64,000 nucleotides of DNA from an uncultured Eubacteriales bacterium. GTDB taxonomy: Bacteria > Bacillota > Clostridia > Oscillospirales > Acutalibacteraceae. The notes below the pieces were generated by a model that saw only the letters and a program-made list of their open reading frames with translations, was not told the origin of the DNA and searched no databases. Positions within the stretch are counted from its first letter, which is position 1, and every line of letters begins with the position of its first letter. Made by a program: the position numbers and the translations under genes. This document shows positions 37,842 to 46,794 of the stretch, piece after piece. The DNA is taken from positions 9,380-73,379 of the forward strand of contig CAKVEP010000007.1 of the NCBI GenBank assembly GCA_934729465.1, read 5' to 3'.

Positions 37842-40800
37842 ATGTTGAGTAATATACCAAAACTTGATGGAAGAACGTCTGGTGATATATTAGAGCAAGT
37901 CAAGAACATGGCTAAGCAATACACTCCGGAATGGAACTTCGATGAATACAGCTCCGATGTTGGAATAGTATTTTCGAAAATATTTTGCGATATGCTTGAA
38001 GGCACTATAAGCAGGTATAATAAAACGTCTTATAATTATTATCTCACATTTTTAAATATGCTCGGCACAAAACTTCGTCCTGCATCATCTGCTGAAGGAA
38101 TGATAACGGTATCAGCAACAAGGGGAGCCTACATACCAAAAAATTCTCAGCTTTCGGCAAACGCAGATACCGAAGAAGGAAGCGTTATATATGAAACTAC
38201 AGATAGTCTGTTAGCCATAAATACGGCAATCAAAGGAGTGTTTTATACCGACGGTCTTTCAGATACTATAGTAAAGGTTTGCGAGGTAGTGGATGATTCC
38301 AACGAAAAGATGAAGCCGTTTAGAATATTTGATGATGTGTCTCATGAAAATTTACAGTGTCATGAATTGTATTTCCGTGATGACACTATATTTAACATGA
38401 AAAAATCAGACATAACATTTTTATTTTACAATGAAATTTCCGAAAAGGGAGAAAAAATGTTACCGGATTTATTTTCAGATAAAACCAATGTAAAATGGCA
38501 GTATTCTATGGGAGAAAATAATTGGGTAAACATAAAAAATGTTGAAAAAGTTGACCATGGTGTGCGATTAATTTTTGAAAATAAAGTTGTAAGCGCTGAA
38601 GCGGTAAAAGAACAAAGTAGATTTATAAGATGTGTGTTTAAAAAAGCGTTGAGCGAAGAAGTTGCGGTTACGAGAATAGAATATAAATCTAATGCAAGCA
38701 ATATGACTCCTGACGATATGACGTCGGAGGACGAAGAGCTAGACAAAAATGATTTTTTCCCGTTCAAGGAACAATACAATTTATATGATTGTTTTTATTT
38801 TTCCTCTGAAGAGGCATTCACCAAAAGAGGAGCAGAAGTGAGCGTTGAGTTTGATTTACAGTTTGTAAAAATAAAAAACGAAATGGTAGACCCATCCATC
38901 CAAAGAAAATACAGAAACATAATGAGTGGTATGGATTTTGCAGACATGGAACCTTCTGATGTTATGATAGAAAAAGTTTCTTGGGAATACTGGAATGGTA
39001 CAGGTTGGGCAAAGCTTACTACGAAAAAAGAATATGAAGAGCTGTTTAAAATAAGGGAGCAAGACTACAACTCAGAAGGAATTAAAAAGGTGTTTAAATT
39101 TGTTTGTCCGGCTAATTTGACTGAGTATGTTGCAACAACTTCCGAGGGATTTTATATAAGAGCCAGAATAACTAAAATATTAAACCAGTTCAACTCTTAT
39201 GCAGACTACATTTCCCCATATATCCATAACATCAATATAACCTACGATTATCCGGTTCAGGGACATATTTGTAAAAGCGTTATGGTTAAGAATAATATGG
39301 AGGAATACCCCCTGACCGTTTACAACAATGGAGCGGTGAAGATTTTTAAAAAGACGCTCTATGAAAATCCGGCAATGTATTTTTGTTTCACAGAACCTTT
39401 GATAGAAGGAACTATACGCTTTTTCGTAGACATACAAGAGGGAATATACAGATATAATCCGTCAACGAAATGGGAGTATTGTGCCGACGATAAAAAGGGA
39501 GGATTCGTGTGGAAACACATAGATGTGTTAGACCTAACGGAAGATTTTTCTCATAGCGAAACAATAACAATGATAGGTAGAAAAGATTTTAAAGAAGTAC
39601 AACTTTTTGGGGAAACGGGATATTTTATAAGGGTTATAAACCCAGATGGAAGGTACCATACCAACAAAGACATTTCAACAAGACCGGTTATAAATAATAT
39701 AATGTTAAATGCGGTAAGGGTTGTTCAGAGGGATACTCACACACCGGAATATTTTTCTATAGTACAAAATGAAGCAAATAAAGTGTGTCAGTTGTCATAT
39801 CCGAATGCGGCGAATATAGAGGTGTGGGTTGACGAGTTTGGAGCTTTATCAACAAGCGACCAAGAAAAATATTTAGCGCTTGCAGGGGAGCAATCTGAAC
39901 CGGAATATGATGATTTGGGAATGCTTAGAAGACTATGGATAAAATGGAAACCTGTTTCAACATTGATATGTACAGGTATGTATGACAGAGTGTATGAAGT
40001 TGATTATTCAAAAGGAGAAGTCCTTTTTGGAGATGGTAAAAATGGTAAAATTCCTCCAGAGCAGTTTAGCGAAAGCATAAGAATAAATTATTCTGTGTGT
40101 AACGGTAGCTATGGAAATATCCAGTCAGAAATGATAACTGATTTTATGGAAGCAATCCCTGGAGTTAGCGGTGTTAAAAACCCTGAGCCGATAATGGGAG
40201 GCGTTGACAAGGAAACAATAGACAGAGCTGCAAGTAGAATGTTTGGACAGGTTGCAGGAGCTAACAGATTGGTTTCGCTTTCTGATTTTGAAAGTACAAT
40301 TAAATACAACGACAGAAATATATATAAAGTAAAATGTAAAGCTCATGTTGACCAAGACAGTAATCCATGTTTGGGCATAATATCTGTTGCGGTACTTCCT
40401 AGGGACTACATGCAGGGATATGAAAAATTCCAAGGGATAAAAAATAGGATTTGGAAATTCGTGGATGAAAAAGCATCGATTAATTTAGTAAAGACTTCTA
40501 AGATAAGAATTTTTGAAGTTAAGTATGTTGAAACGGTTATTAGTATAGACGTGTCTATAAGAGACTTTAATATGTATCAAGACGTTCATAAGGGGATAAG
40601 AAGAAGACTACAAAAATTTTTAAACCCGATAACGGGAAATTTCTCTGGTAAGGGATGGAATATAGGCGAATTTCCCAGAAAAGAATTTATATATAACTAT
40701 ATAAAAAATGTTCCAAACATAAAATGGATAAAGAATATAAACATATTCACCAAGGTCATAACAGAGCAAGGAAAAAAAGAAGTAGATTTTGAAAAGATAA

Positions 40801-40862
40801 GAAAAGAAAGCTTTGTGGTGCCTATTTTCGGGGAACCTGAGATTAATATTTCTATGGACTAA
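37842..40862 (+). CDS. Baseplate J-like protein (gp6/gpJ family), giant 1006-aa form
   Basis: N-terminal Baseplate_J-type region (...DILEQVKNMAKQYTPEWNFDEYSSDVGIVFSKIFCDMLEGTISRYNKTSYNYYLTFLNMLG...) followed by long extensions. Confidence 0.6.
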   Translation: MLSNIPKLDGRTSGDILEQVKNMAKQYTPEWNFDEYSSDVGIVFSKIFCDMLEGTISRYNKTSYNYYLTFLNMLGTKLRPASSAEGMITVSATRGAYIPKNSQLSANADTEEGSVIYETTDSLLAINTAIKGVFYTDGLSDTIVKVCEVVDDSNEKMKPFRIFDDVSHENLQCHELYFRDDTIFNMKKSDITFLFYNEISEKGEKMLPDLFSDKTNVKWQYSMGENNWVNIKNVEKVDHGVRLIFENKVVSAEAVKEQSRFIRCVFKKALSEEVAVTRIEYKSNASNMTPDDMTSEDEELDKNDFFPFKEQYNLYDCFYFSSEEAFTKRGAEVSVEFDLQFVKIKNEMVDPSIQRKYRNIMSGMDFADMEPSDVMIEKVSWEYWNGTGWAKLTTKKEYEELFKIREQDYNSEGIKKVFKFVCPANLTEYVATTSEGFYIRARITKILNQFNSYADYISPYIHNINITYDYPVQGHICKSVMVKNNMEEYPLTVYNNGAVKIFKKTLYENPAMYFCFTEPLIEGTIRFFVDIQEGIYRYNPSTKWEYCADDKKGGFVWKHIDVLDLTEDFSHSETITMIGRKDFKEVQLFGETGYFIRVINPDGRYHTNKDISTRPVINNIMLNAVRVVQRDTHTPEYFSIVQNEANKVCQLSYPNAANIEVWVDEFGALSTSDQEKYLALAGEQSEPEYDDLGMLRRLWIKWKPVSTLICTGMYDRVYEVDYSKGEVLFGDGKNGKIPPEQFSESIRINYSVCNGSYGNIQSEMITDFMEAIPGVSGVKNPEPIMGGVDKETIDRAASRMFGQVAGANRLVSLSDFESTIKYNDRNIYKVKCKAHVDQDSNPCLGIISVAVLPRDYMQGYEKFQGIKNRIWKFVDEKASINLVKTSKIRIFEVKYVETVISIDVSIRDFNMYQDVHKGIRRRLQKFLNPITGNFSGKGWNIGEFPRKEFIYNYIKNVPNIKWIKNINIFTKVITEQGKKEVDFEKIRKESFVVPIFGEPEINISMD

Positions 40863-40883
40863 GTATGCAGAGGGTGAGAAGAA

Positions 40884-43043
40884 GTGATAGAATTACAAAA
40901 TTTAAATAATCAATCTCTGGAAGAAATTCTTGATGACGCTAAAAGACAAATTTCTTATTTAAGCGACGAATGGACAAACCATCAAGAGGCTGACCCCGGA
41001 ATAACACTCGTTGAGTTGTTTGCTTGGCTTAAGTGGGTTCAGCATGAGTATTTAAACAGAGTATCTCCCGGAGTAAAGAAGAAGTTTTTAAAACTTTTAG
41101 AGATAGAGCCTTATAAAAACAAAGGCTCGAAAGCACTTTTACAAGTTGCTGATTTAGAAAAAGACATAAATATACCAAAGGGAACTAAATGGCAGGCAGG
41201 AAACGTAGTGTTTGAAAATCCGAAGGAGCATAGTTTAACTAATTCTGAAATATTAAGTGTTTTGTTTGAGAACCCCGATTTTTCGATGGTTTCTGAATAC
41301 TACAAGTTTGACAGAACAAGAATTTTTCATCTTTTTGGCGATAAATTCAGGTCTGTTGATAAGAATGTAAAACGTCAGTTCACGATAAATTTTGATAAAC
41401 CGTTATCAAGTAAAAAAGAGTTTGGTATTTATTTTGAAGTGTACACAGGCGGAAAATTAAAACGTAATCCGGTTAGTCAAGACGACGATTTCTTAGAAAT
41501 GGCGGAAGTGAAATGGGAATATTACGGCAAAGAAAACGGAGAGCTTGGTTGGCATGAAGTGGTTGTGAACCAAGACGACACACATAGTTTTTTATTTTCA
41601 GGCGTTGTGAATTTAACGATAAACGGTAGTATGTGGGCAAACAACGGAGTGTATTCATTAAGATGTAAATTAGTGAGCGAAGAGTATGATTTTCCTCCGA
41701 AGGTGTTAAGTATTTTAACTAATGTTTTTCAGGTGGAGCAAAAGTCAACTATGTGTGAAAACGTTACGATAAAGAAAAAAGAGCTTTCTAAGAATATGTC
41801 TGTAAAGATAAAGACCCACATGGCTATATACGGACAGCACATAGTTTATTTTAAAAAGGGAAAAAGCTGGGTACAAACAAATAATTACAGGGTAGAAAGA
41901 GACGTAGAAAAGGGAAACATCAATTTATATGTTGAAGAGAAAAATTTGAATGTAAGCAAATACGGCGAAGATGAAGAATTGGTAATGCTCGTGTCATACG
42001 ACGGCTCTATTGCAAGGAAAATGATACTTGGCAGCGGAACAGGAACTTCAGCACAATTTATTGAATTTAGAGATAAAAATGTGCTTTACGACGGGTTTGA
42101 AATATTAGTTGGGAAAACCGTGAATAATACAGAGATTTTTGATAAATGGAGAAGAGTAGATGACTTCTTTTCTTCGACTAAATATGACAAAGATTATGTT
42201 TTAGACCACACTAAAGAAATGATTACCTTTGGAAACCACGAAAATGGATACGCTCCGAGAGTGGGGAAAGACAACATAAGGCTATGTAGGCTTGAATATT
42301 GTATGGGCTCAAATTCAGACGTGAAAAAAGGCATGATAAATAAGGTTCAAACAGAGAATACAACGCTGAAAAAAGCCAGAATTAATCAAGTAACATCAGC
42401 GGTTGGAGGCAGAGATACAGAAACCATAGCACATGCCGAGGCAAGGGCAGCGGAAGTTTTTGCCGACTGCGGAAGAGCTGTTACTTTGGAGGACTACGAA
42501 AAAATTATAAACAATACTCCCGGACTGTTGTTTAAAAATGTTAAAGTGTTACCTAATTATATGGTTGGAGAGAATTGTAATGAACAAAACTGTATAACGG
42601 TTGCGGTTAGGTGGAACGACAGAATAGGACAAAATTTACCAATAAGCTATGAAAAAAATATAATGCATCAAATTGATAAATACCGTCTTATTAACACTAA
42701 AGTTAAAGTGGTGTGTCCGGAGTATATAGGCTTGATAATAAGCGGAGAAATAGTTGTAAATTCGTTTTACAGAGAGCGTGATAGGTTAATAGAAAAAAGT
42801 ATATTAAGCTATATAAACGTGGTGAACATGGAAATGGGCAAGCCGTTACATTTCGGTGATTTATTTGGCATGATAGACAATTTAGACTACGTTTCATATA
42901 CCAATAAATTATATATAACCCCAATAGGAAATTATATAGAAAAAACAGTTTCCGAGGATATAATAGTACCGCCGAACGGTATATACTATGTGAAAGAAAT
43001 AAATTTGAATTATCTGAAAAGTTCAGAAATTTATAACGATTAG
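40884..43043 (+). CDS. Second baseplate J-like protein (gp6/gp7-like), 719 aa
   Basis: N-terminus ...DPGITLVELFAWLKWVQHEYLNRVSPGVKKKFLKLLEIEPY... parallels the Baseplate_J start of the preceding gene. Confidence 0.5.
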   Translation: MIELQNLNNQSLEEILDDAKRQISYLSDEWTNHQEADPGITLVELFAWLKWVQHEYLNRVSPGVKKKFLKLLEIEPYKNKGSKALLQVADLEKDINIPKGTKWQAGNVVFENPKEHSLTNSEILSVLFENPDFSMVSEYYKFDRTRIFHLFGDKFRSVDKNVKRQFTINFDKPLSSKKEFGIYFEVYTGGKLKRNPVSQDDDFLEMAEVKWEYYGKENGELGWHEVVVNQDDTHSFLFSGVVNLTINGSMWANNGVYSLRCKLVSEEYDFPPKVLSILTNVFQVEQKSTMCENVTIKKKELSKNMSVKIKTHMAIYGQHIVYFKKGKSWVQTNNYRVERDVEKGNINLYVEEKNLNVSKYGEDEELVMLVSYDGSIARKMILGSGTGTSAQFIEFRDKNVLYDGFEILVGKTVNNTEIFDKWRRVDDFFSSTKYDKDYVLDHTKEMITFGNHENGYAPRVGKDNIRLCRLEYCMGSNSDVKKGMINKVQTENTTLKKARINQVTSAVGGRDTETIAHAEARAAEVFADCGRAVTLEDYEKIINNTPGLLFKNVKVLPNYMVGENCNEQNCITVAVRWNDRIGQNLPISYEKNIMHQIDKYRLINTKVKVVCPEYIGLIISGEIVVNSFYRERDRLIEKSILSYINVVNMEMGKPLHFGDLFGMIDNLDYVSYTNKLYITPIGNYIEKTVSEDIIVPPNGIYYVKEINLNYLKSSEIYND

Positions 43044-43054
43044 GGGGTGACGTT

Positions 43055-44209
43055 TTGGCATCAGGAGCGAAAAGTATAGTTTTAAACAGAGAAGAAGACT
43101 GGAAAGAAAAAAGCGTGTTGTTCCACATAAGTTTTGATAACGATGAATTAGTATCGGAAAACAAAACAGGTGAAAATGGAGTGTATATCTCGAACTGTTT
43201 TGACAGCGGTGAAAACGAAACAGTTTGGCATAGATTAAGATTAAACGTAGATTTACCACCCACAGGCTCGTTAAAACTTAGATTGTATGCAAGCGATGAA
43301 ACAAGCGTTATAATACCGGCTTCCGGAGGAAAGGGAATGTCTAGGGTAAATATCAACGAGTTTATATCAGACAAAAGTGTTAATATAAACAGAAAGGTTG
43401 ATATGTTTGATTACATAGGTGCGAGATTGTATGAAAATCCTAACGACGTGCTTATGTTTGACCAAGTTGGAAGGTATTTATGGGTTTGTATAGAAATAAT
43501 TAACTACGAGCAGGAAAAAACAATAATAAAAAGCATGAAAATAGAATTTCCGAGAGTGTCATTTGTTGACTACTTGCCCGAGATATATAAGGAAGGACTT
43601 AACACAGATTCATTTTTATCACGTTATTTGGGAATATTCCAAAATATATATGTTGACCTTGAAGACCGAATAGACGTTACTCCAACGAACTTTGACCCCA
43701 ATACTACAACAAAGGGATTTCTTAATTGGATGGCAGAGTGGTTCTCGATAAAGGACGCAGCGATATGGGGAGAAAAAAAGCTTAGAATGATACTTAGAGA
43801 TTCAGTTAAGATTTACAAAATGAAAGGTACAAAACGAGCCATTTCGAAGATAGTAGAGGCGTACACAGGCATTGAACCGATAATAGTTGAAAAGTTTGAT
43901 ATAAAGGAAAATCAGTATTATCAAAAGCATAAAAGCCTTATGGACGAGCTATATGGCGACAATGGATTTGTATTTACAGTTATAATAAGCGACAAATACG
44001 TTAAATCTTCAGAGGAGTATATAGAATTGTTAAGAGTAATAAATAGCGTAAAACCGATAGATTCAATATGTAACTTAGTGGTGCTGAACGACAAAATTTA
44101 TTTAGACCATCACTGTTATATGGGAATGAATTCGTATATAGCACAAAATCAAAATCTTGTTATAGGAGAAGGTCAGCAGGATTTAAACACATTAATGATT
44201 GCAGAATAA
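43055..44209 (+). CDS. Tail protein I (P2 gpI family)
   Basis: ...DYLPEIYKEG...FLSRYLGIFQNIYVDLEDRI...FLNWMAEWFSIKDAAIWGEKKLRMILRDSVKIYKMKGTKRAISKIVEAYTG... is the gpI signature. Confidence 0.65.
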   Translation: MASGAKSIVLNREEDWKEKSVLFHISFDNDELVSENKTGENGVYISNCFDSGENETVWHRLRLNVDLPPTGSLKLRLYASDETSVIIPASGGKGMSRVNINEFISDKSVNINRKVDMFDYIGARLYENPNDVLMFDQVGRYLWVCIEIINYEQEKTIIKSMKIEFPRVSFVDYLPEIYKEGLNTDSFLSRYLGIFQNIYVDLEDRIDVTPTNFDPNTTTKGFLNWMAEWFSIKDAAIWGEKKLRMILRDSVKIYKMKGTKRAISKIVEAYTGIEPIIVEKFDIKENQYYQKHKSLMDELYGDNGFVFTVIISDKYVKSSEEYIELLRVINSVKPIDSICNLVVLNDKIYLDHHCYMGMNSYIAQNQNLVIGEGQQDLNTLMIAE

Positions 44210-44241
44210 AATAAAAAAATAGCGTTAAAGGAGGACTTGCG

Positions 44242-44550
44242 GTGGAAAAACAAATGTTAGATAAAATTGAAGCTTTATTAAACGACGAAGACTTTATGAT
44301 GGCATTGTTGGCGCAAGACACAGCTGAAGATGTGAAGGCACTATTTTTACAGCAAGAAATAGAGCTTTCGGATGAATATGTGGAAAATCTGGGGAAAATG
44401 CTAGTAAAGCTTCTAACAAGAGGCGGAGAACTCACAGATGAAGATTTAGCTGAAATTTCCGGGGGAAGAGATTTCGGAAGTCGGATTAATTTGGACTTTA
44501 TAAATAATTTAAAAAATGATGTATCAATTGGAAACTGGCTTAAATTTTAA
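44242..44550 (+). CDS. Small protein with Nif11-like leader domain and double-glycine motif (...ELTDEDLAEISGG) followed by a 27-aa C-terminal peptide RDFGSRINLDFINNLKNDVSIGNWLKF
   Basis: N-terminal ~55 aa match the Nif11/N11P leader pattern (L.K.EALLNDEDFMMALLAQDTAEDVKALFLQQEIELSDEYVE). A GG motif is positioned as in N11P RiPP precursors. GGAGG RBS upstream. Confidence 0.5.
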   Translation: MEKQMLDKIEALLNDEDFMMALLAQDTAEDVKALFLQQEIELSDEYVENLGKMLVKLLTRGGELTDEDLAEISGGRDFGSRINLDFINNLKNDVSIGNWLKF

Positions 44551-44586
44551 ATAGAGATATAAAATATTTGAGAGGGGTATAATGAT

Positions 44587-46377
44587 ATGAACAATAAGCA
44601 GTATTATTCGTGTGAGCGTAATCATTACTTTTTTGGTAAGCTTATGACCGTAAGGGACTTTGAGAGTGAACAAATTTACTTCAACTCAAAAAGACGCCTT
44701 ATAAACAGAATGTTAAACGGAGTTGGAATAGTTTCGGGACTAGACGTAATTCTTGTTGACAACAAAACATTTTCACTTGAACCGGGAATGGCTCTTGACT
44801 ACATGGGAAGAGAAGTGGTGGTTTCAGAGCCTTGTATTAGACGTTTAAATGTTATTGAAGGGTTTGAAGAGAATAAGGACAAAGGAATATTGTATTTATG
44901 CATTAGATACAAGGAAGACTTAACAGAAACAACCTTTTCAGTTGCAGGGTCAGGCAAAAATAGTGGTGTTGGTGAGGAATATAATAGAATATCAGAAAAT
45001 TATGAGTTATTTTTAACCCCGACGGCTCCAAATGAACAAGAATTAAAGCTTGATAATTTAGTAACGCAGAAGATAGAATTATACAATAAAGACGGAATAA
45101 AAATTATTTTGAATGCATCAAGATATGTAAATCCTGGCAAATGTATAAAAATGTCGGTAACGTTTGAAAAGGAAAATGTTGAAGCTCCGGTTAAATATTC
45201 GTTTGACATTGGCGGAGAGTTCTTTAGAAACACAAACGGAGATAAAAAATTTAAAGTTGAGTATCAGGAATCAGAGGTTTCAACATATAAATCGAATACA
45301 GTAGATTTGTTTATGTATTGCGACGCCACAGTTGATGCACTTTCGAATTTAATTGTAGACAAAGATTCATTTAAATTAACCGTTGGAAAAGATGAATTTT
45401 CTATAGAAAAAGATATAGAAATTCCTGTGTCTATAAAAAACACTCCAATACGTGATTTGATAACGAATGATTATTACGCTAAGCATTTTGTAGACACAAT
45501 AGAAAATGTTGACGGAAAAGAAATTTATCTTGCAAAATTCCATATAGTAACGAACCAAATCACATATTTTATAGAAGGATTTGAAAAACATCCGTTTAAA
45601 CAGTATTTGTTTAGCAACGAGCTGATGAGAGTGCTTGAGAACGTCGACGTAGACAACCTTAAAGCTCCGGTTGTTGATAATGAAAAATTTATATCAAAAG
45701 AAGTTAATCCAGAGGTAAAGGAAATCCCCGAGCCGAAGATAGACAACATTATGACAGGCGTTGAAAGAATAAATTTAGGATTTAACCCTAAGGTTGGAAA
45801 ATCCTATTATTCATATGAGTTTGTACATGGTTTAGGAGAAGGGAATGTTGCCGTAGTAACAGCGATAGACAACAAGGCTAATTATCTCACAGACGAAAAA
45901 GGCTTATTAGTGTTTGGAGACAAAGGTATATTTGGTAAAGAAGAGATAAGTGTGTCTGCGCCAAACGTACAAATAGCAGCAATAGCTAACTCGGAAAAGG
46001 GTACGATACGTTTAGGAGTAAGGCTTGTTGAAAAAACAACAGCTCAGGCAGTAGACGTGCGCTGGTGGGCGTTCAAGCCTGTTGAAACCATTAAACCGGA
46101 AGAAGACTTAGCTATAGATGAAGACATAAAGGTTGTTATAACGCCAAACACAACGAGGGTAAAACCGCTTGAGAAGGTAAGGTTTGAAGCACATATTGAA
46201 GGGTCAAACAGCCAAGAAATACGTTGGGCAATGGCTGAAAGTAATACCGGAACGATAGACAATAATGGACTATACTCAGCACCGGCAAAAGAAGGCGTGT
46301 ATGAAATAAAGGCATACAGCGTTAAATTCTCAGACAAGAGTACTTCAGCTTATGTTGTTGTAAGTTCAGCAGAATAG
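44587..46377 (+). CDS. Putative tail fibre / receptor-binding protein with C-terminal Ig-like (Big_2) domain
   Basis: Last gene of the cluster, 596 aa. The C-terminal ~90 aa have a Big_2-like pattern (VVITPNTTRVKPLEKVRFEAHIEGS...NGLYSAPAKEGVYEIKAYS). Confidence 0.45.
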   Translation: MNNKQYYSCERNHYFFGKLMTVRDFESEQIYFNSKRRLINRMLNGVGIVSGLDVILVDNKTFSLEPGMALDYMGREVVVSEPCIRRLNVIEGFEENKDKGILYLCIRYKEDLTETTFSVAGSGKNSGVGEEYNRISENYELFLTPTAPNEQELKLDNLVTQKIELYNKDGIKIILNASRYVNPGKCIKMSVTFEKENVEAPVKYSFDIGGEFFRNTNGDKKFKVEYQESEVSTYKSNTVDLFMYCDATVDALSNLIVDKDSFKLTVGKDEFSIEKDIEIPVSIKNTPIRDLITNDYYAKHFVDTIENVDGKEIYLAKFHIVTNQITYFIEGFEKHPFKQYLFSNELMRVLENVDVDNLKAPVVDNEKFISKEVNPEVKEIPEPKIDNIMTGVERINLGFNPKVGKSYYSYEFVHGLGEGNVAVVTAIDNKANYLTDEKGLLVFGDKGIFGKEEISVSAPNVQIAAIANSEKGTIRLGVRLVEKTTAQAVDVRWWAFKPVETIKPEEDLAIDEDIKVVITPNTTRVKPLEKVRFEAHIEGSNSQEIRWAMAESNTGTIDNNGLYSAPAKEGVYEIKAYSVKFSDKSTSAYVVVSSAE

Positions 46378-46418
46378 TATTATTAAAGTATAAATTAAAA
46401 GCGAATAATTGAAAAAAC

Positions 46419-46462
46419 AAGCTCATGCTAAAATTTACTTTAAGCATGAGCTTTAAATTTTA
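46419..46462. terminator. Bidirectional rho-independent terminator closing the tail cluster (11-bp stem aagctcatgct/agcatgagctt)
   Basis: Perfect 11-bp stem with a 13-nt loop, flanked by A-runs upstream and T-runs downstream. Confidence 0.65.
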
Positions 46463-46651
46463 TAGTTTGTTAATTTCTATCCATTTTCTCGCACGGTTCA
46501 CGTTTTCATCTGAGGCAATAGGAGTGTTGCTGTTAGGCAGCTTAGTGTTAGGATAAATTTCAGGTATTGCTAATTTGCTTTGCGGTTGAGAATTTATCAA
46601 ATTTTTGATAAAATTATGATTTTTAAAATGTTTTGGCTTGTATATCCCCAT
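46460..46651 (-). CDS. Hypothetical small protein (63 aa), convergent to the tail cluster
   Basis: ORF with an AGGA RBS-like motif. No family assignment. Confidence 0.2.
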   Translation of the reverse strand: MGIYKPKHFKNHNFIKNLINSQPQSKLAIPEIYPNTKLPNSNTPIASDENVNRARKWIEINKL

Positions 46652-46794
46652 AAAAACACATCCTGATATAAAATTTATGCATTAAAGACATAAATATATT
46701 TTCCCCGATTTTTTAATATGCATACACAATTTTTGTAAGATTTATCACACATAGTTTTTTAAAAGCAAACATAAACATTAATAAAAACGTTGGA

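Larger units (their letters stand above)
28257..46377 (+). other. Stand-alone contractile tail gene cluster (13 co-oriented genes) without head, packaging or lysis genes: tailocin-like or defective myophage tail module
   Basis: Sheath, tube, PRF chaperone, tube-like protein, tape-measure-like protein, hub, spike, gp25, J, J, I, a small protein and a fibre, flanked by housekeeping genes and closed by a strong terminator. Confidence 0.7.

Noticed and set aside
28257-46377. Classification of the tail cluster as a bona fide eCIS (Afp/PVC-type)
   Set aside because: No AAA+ ATPase (Afp15-like), no tail terminator or cap gene and no toxin cargo genes are present. The chaperone with a -1 frameshift before the tape measure and the gpD/gpV/gpW/gpJ/gpI order are phage P2/PBSX-like. 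Kept as tailocin-like or defective tail rather than eCIS.
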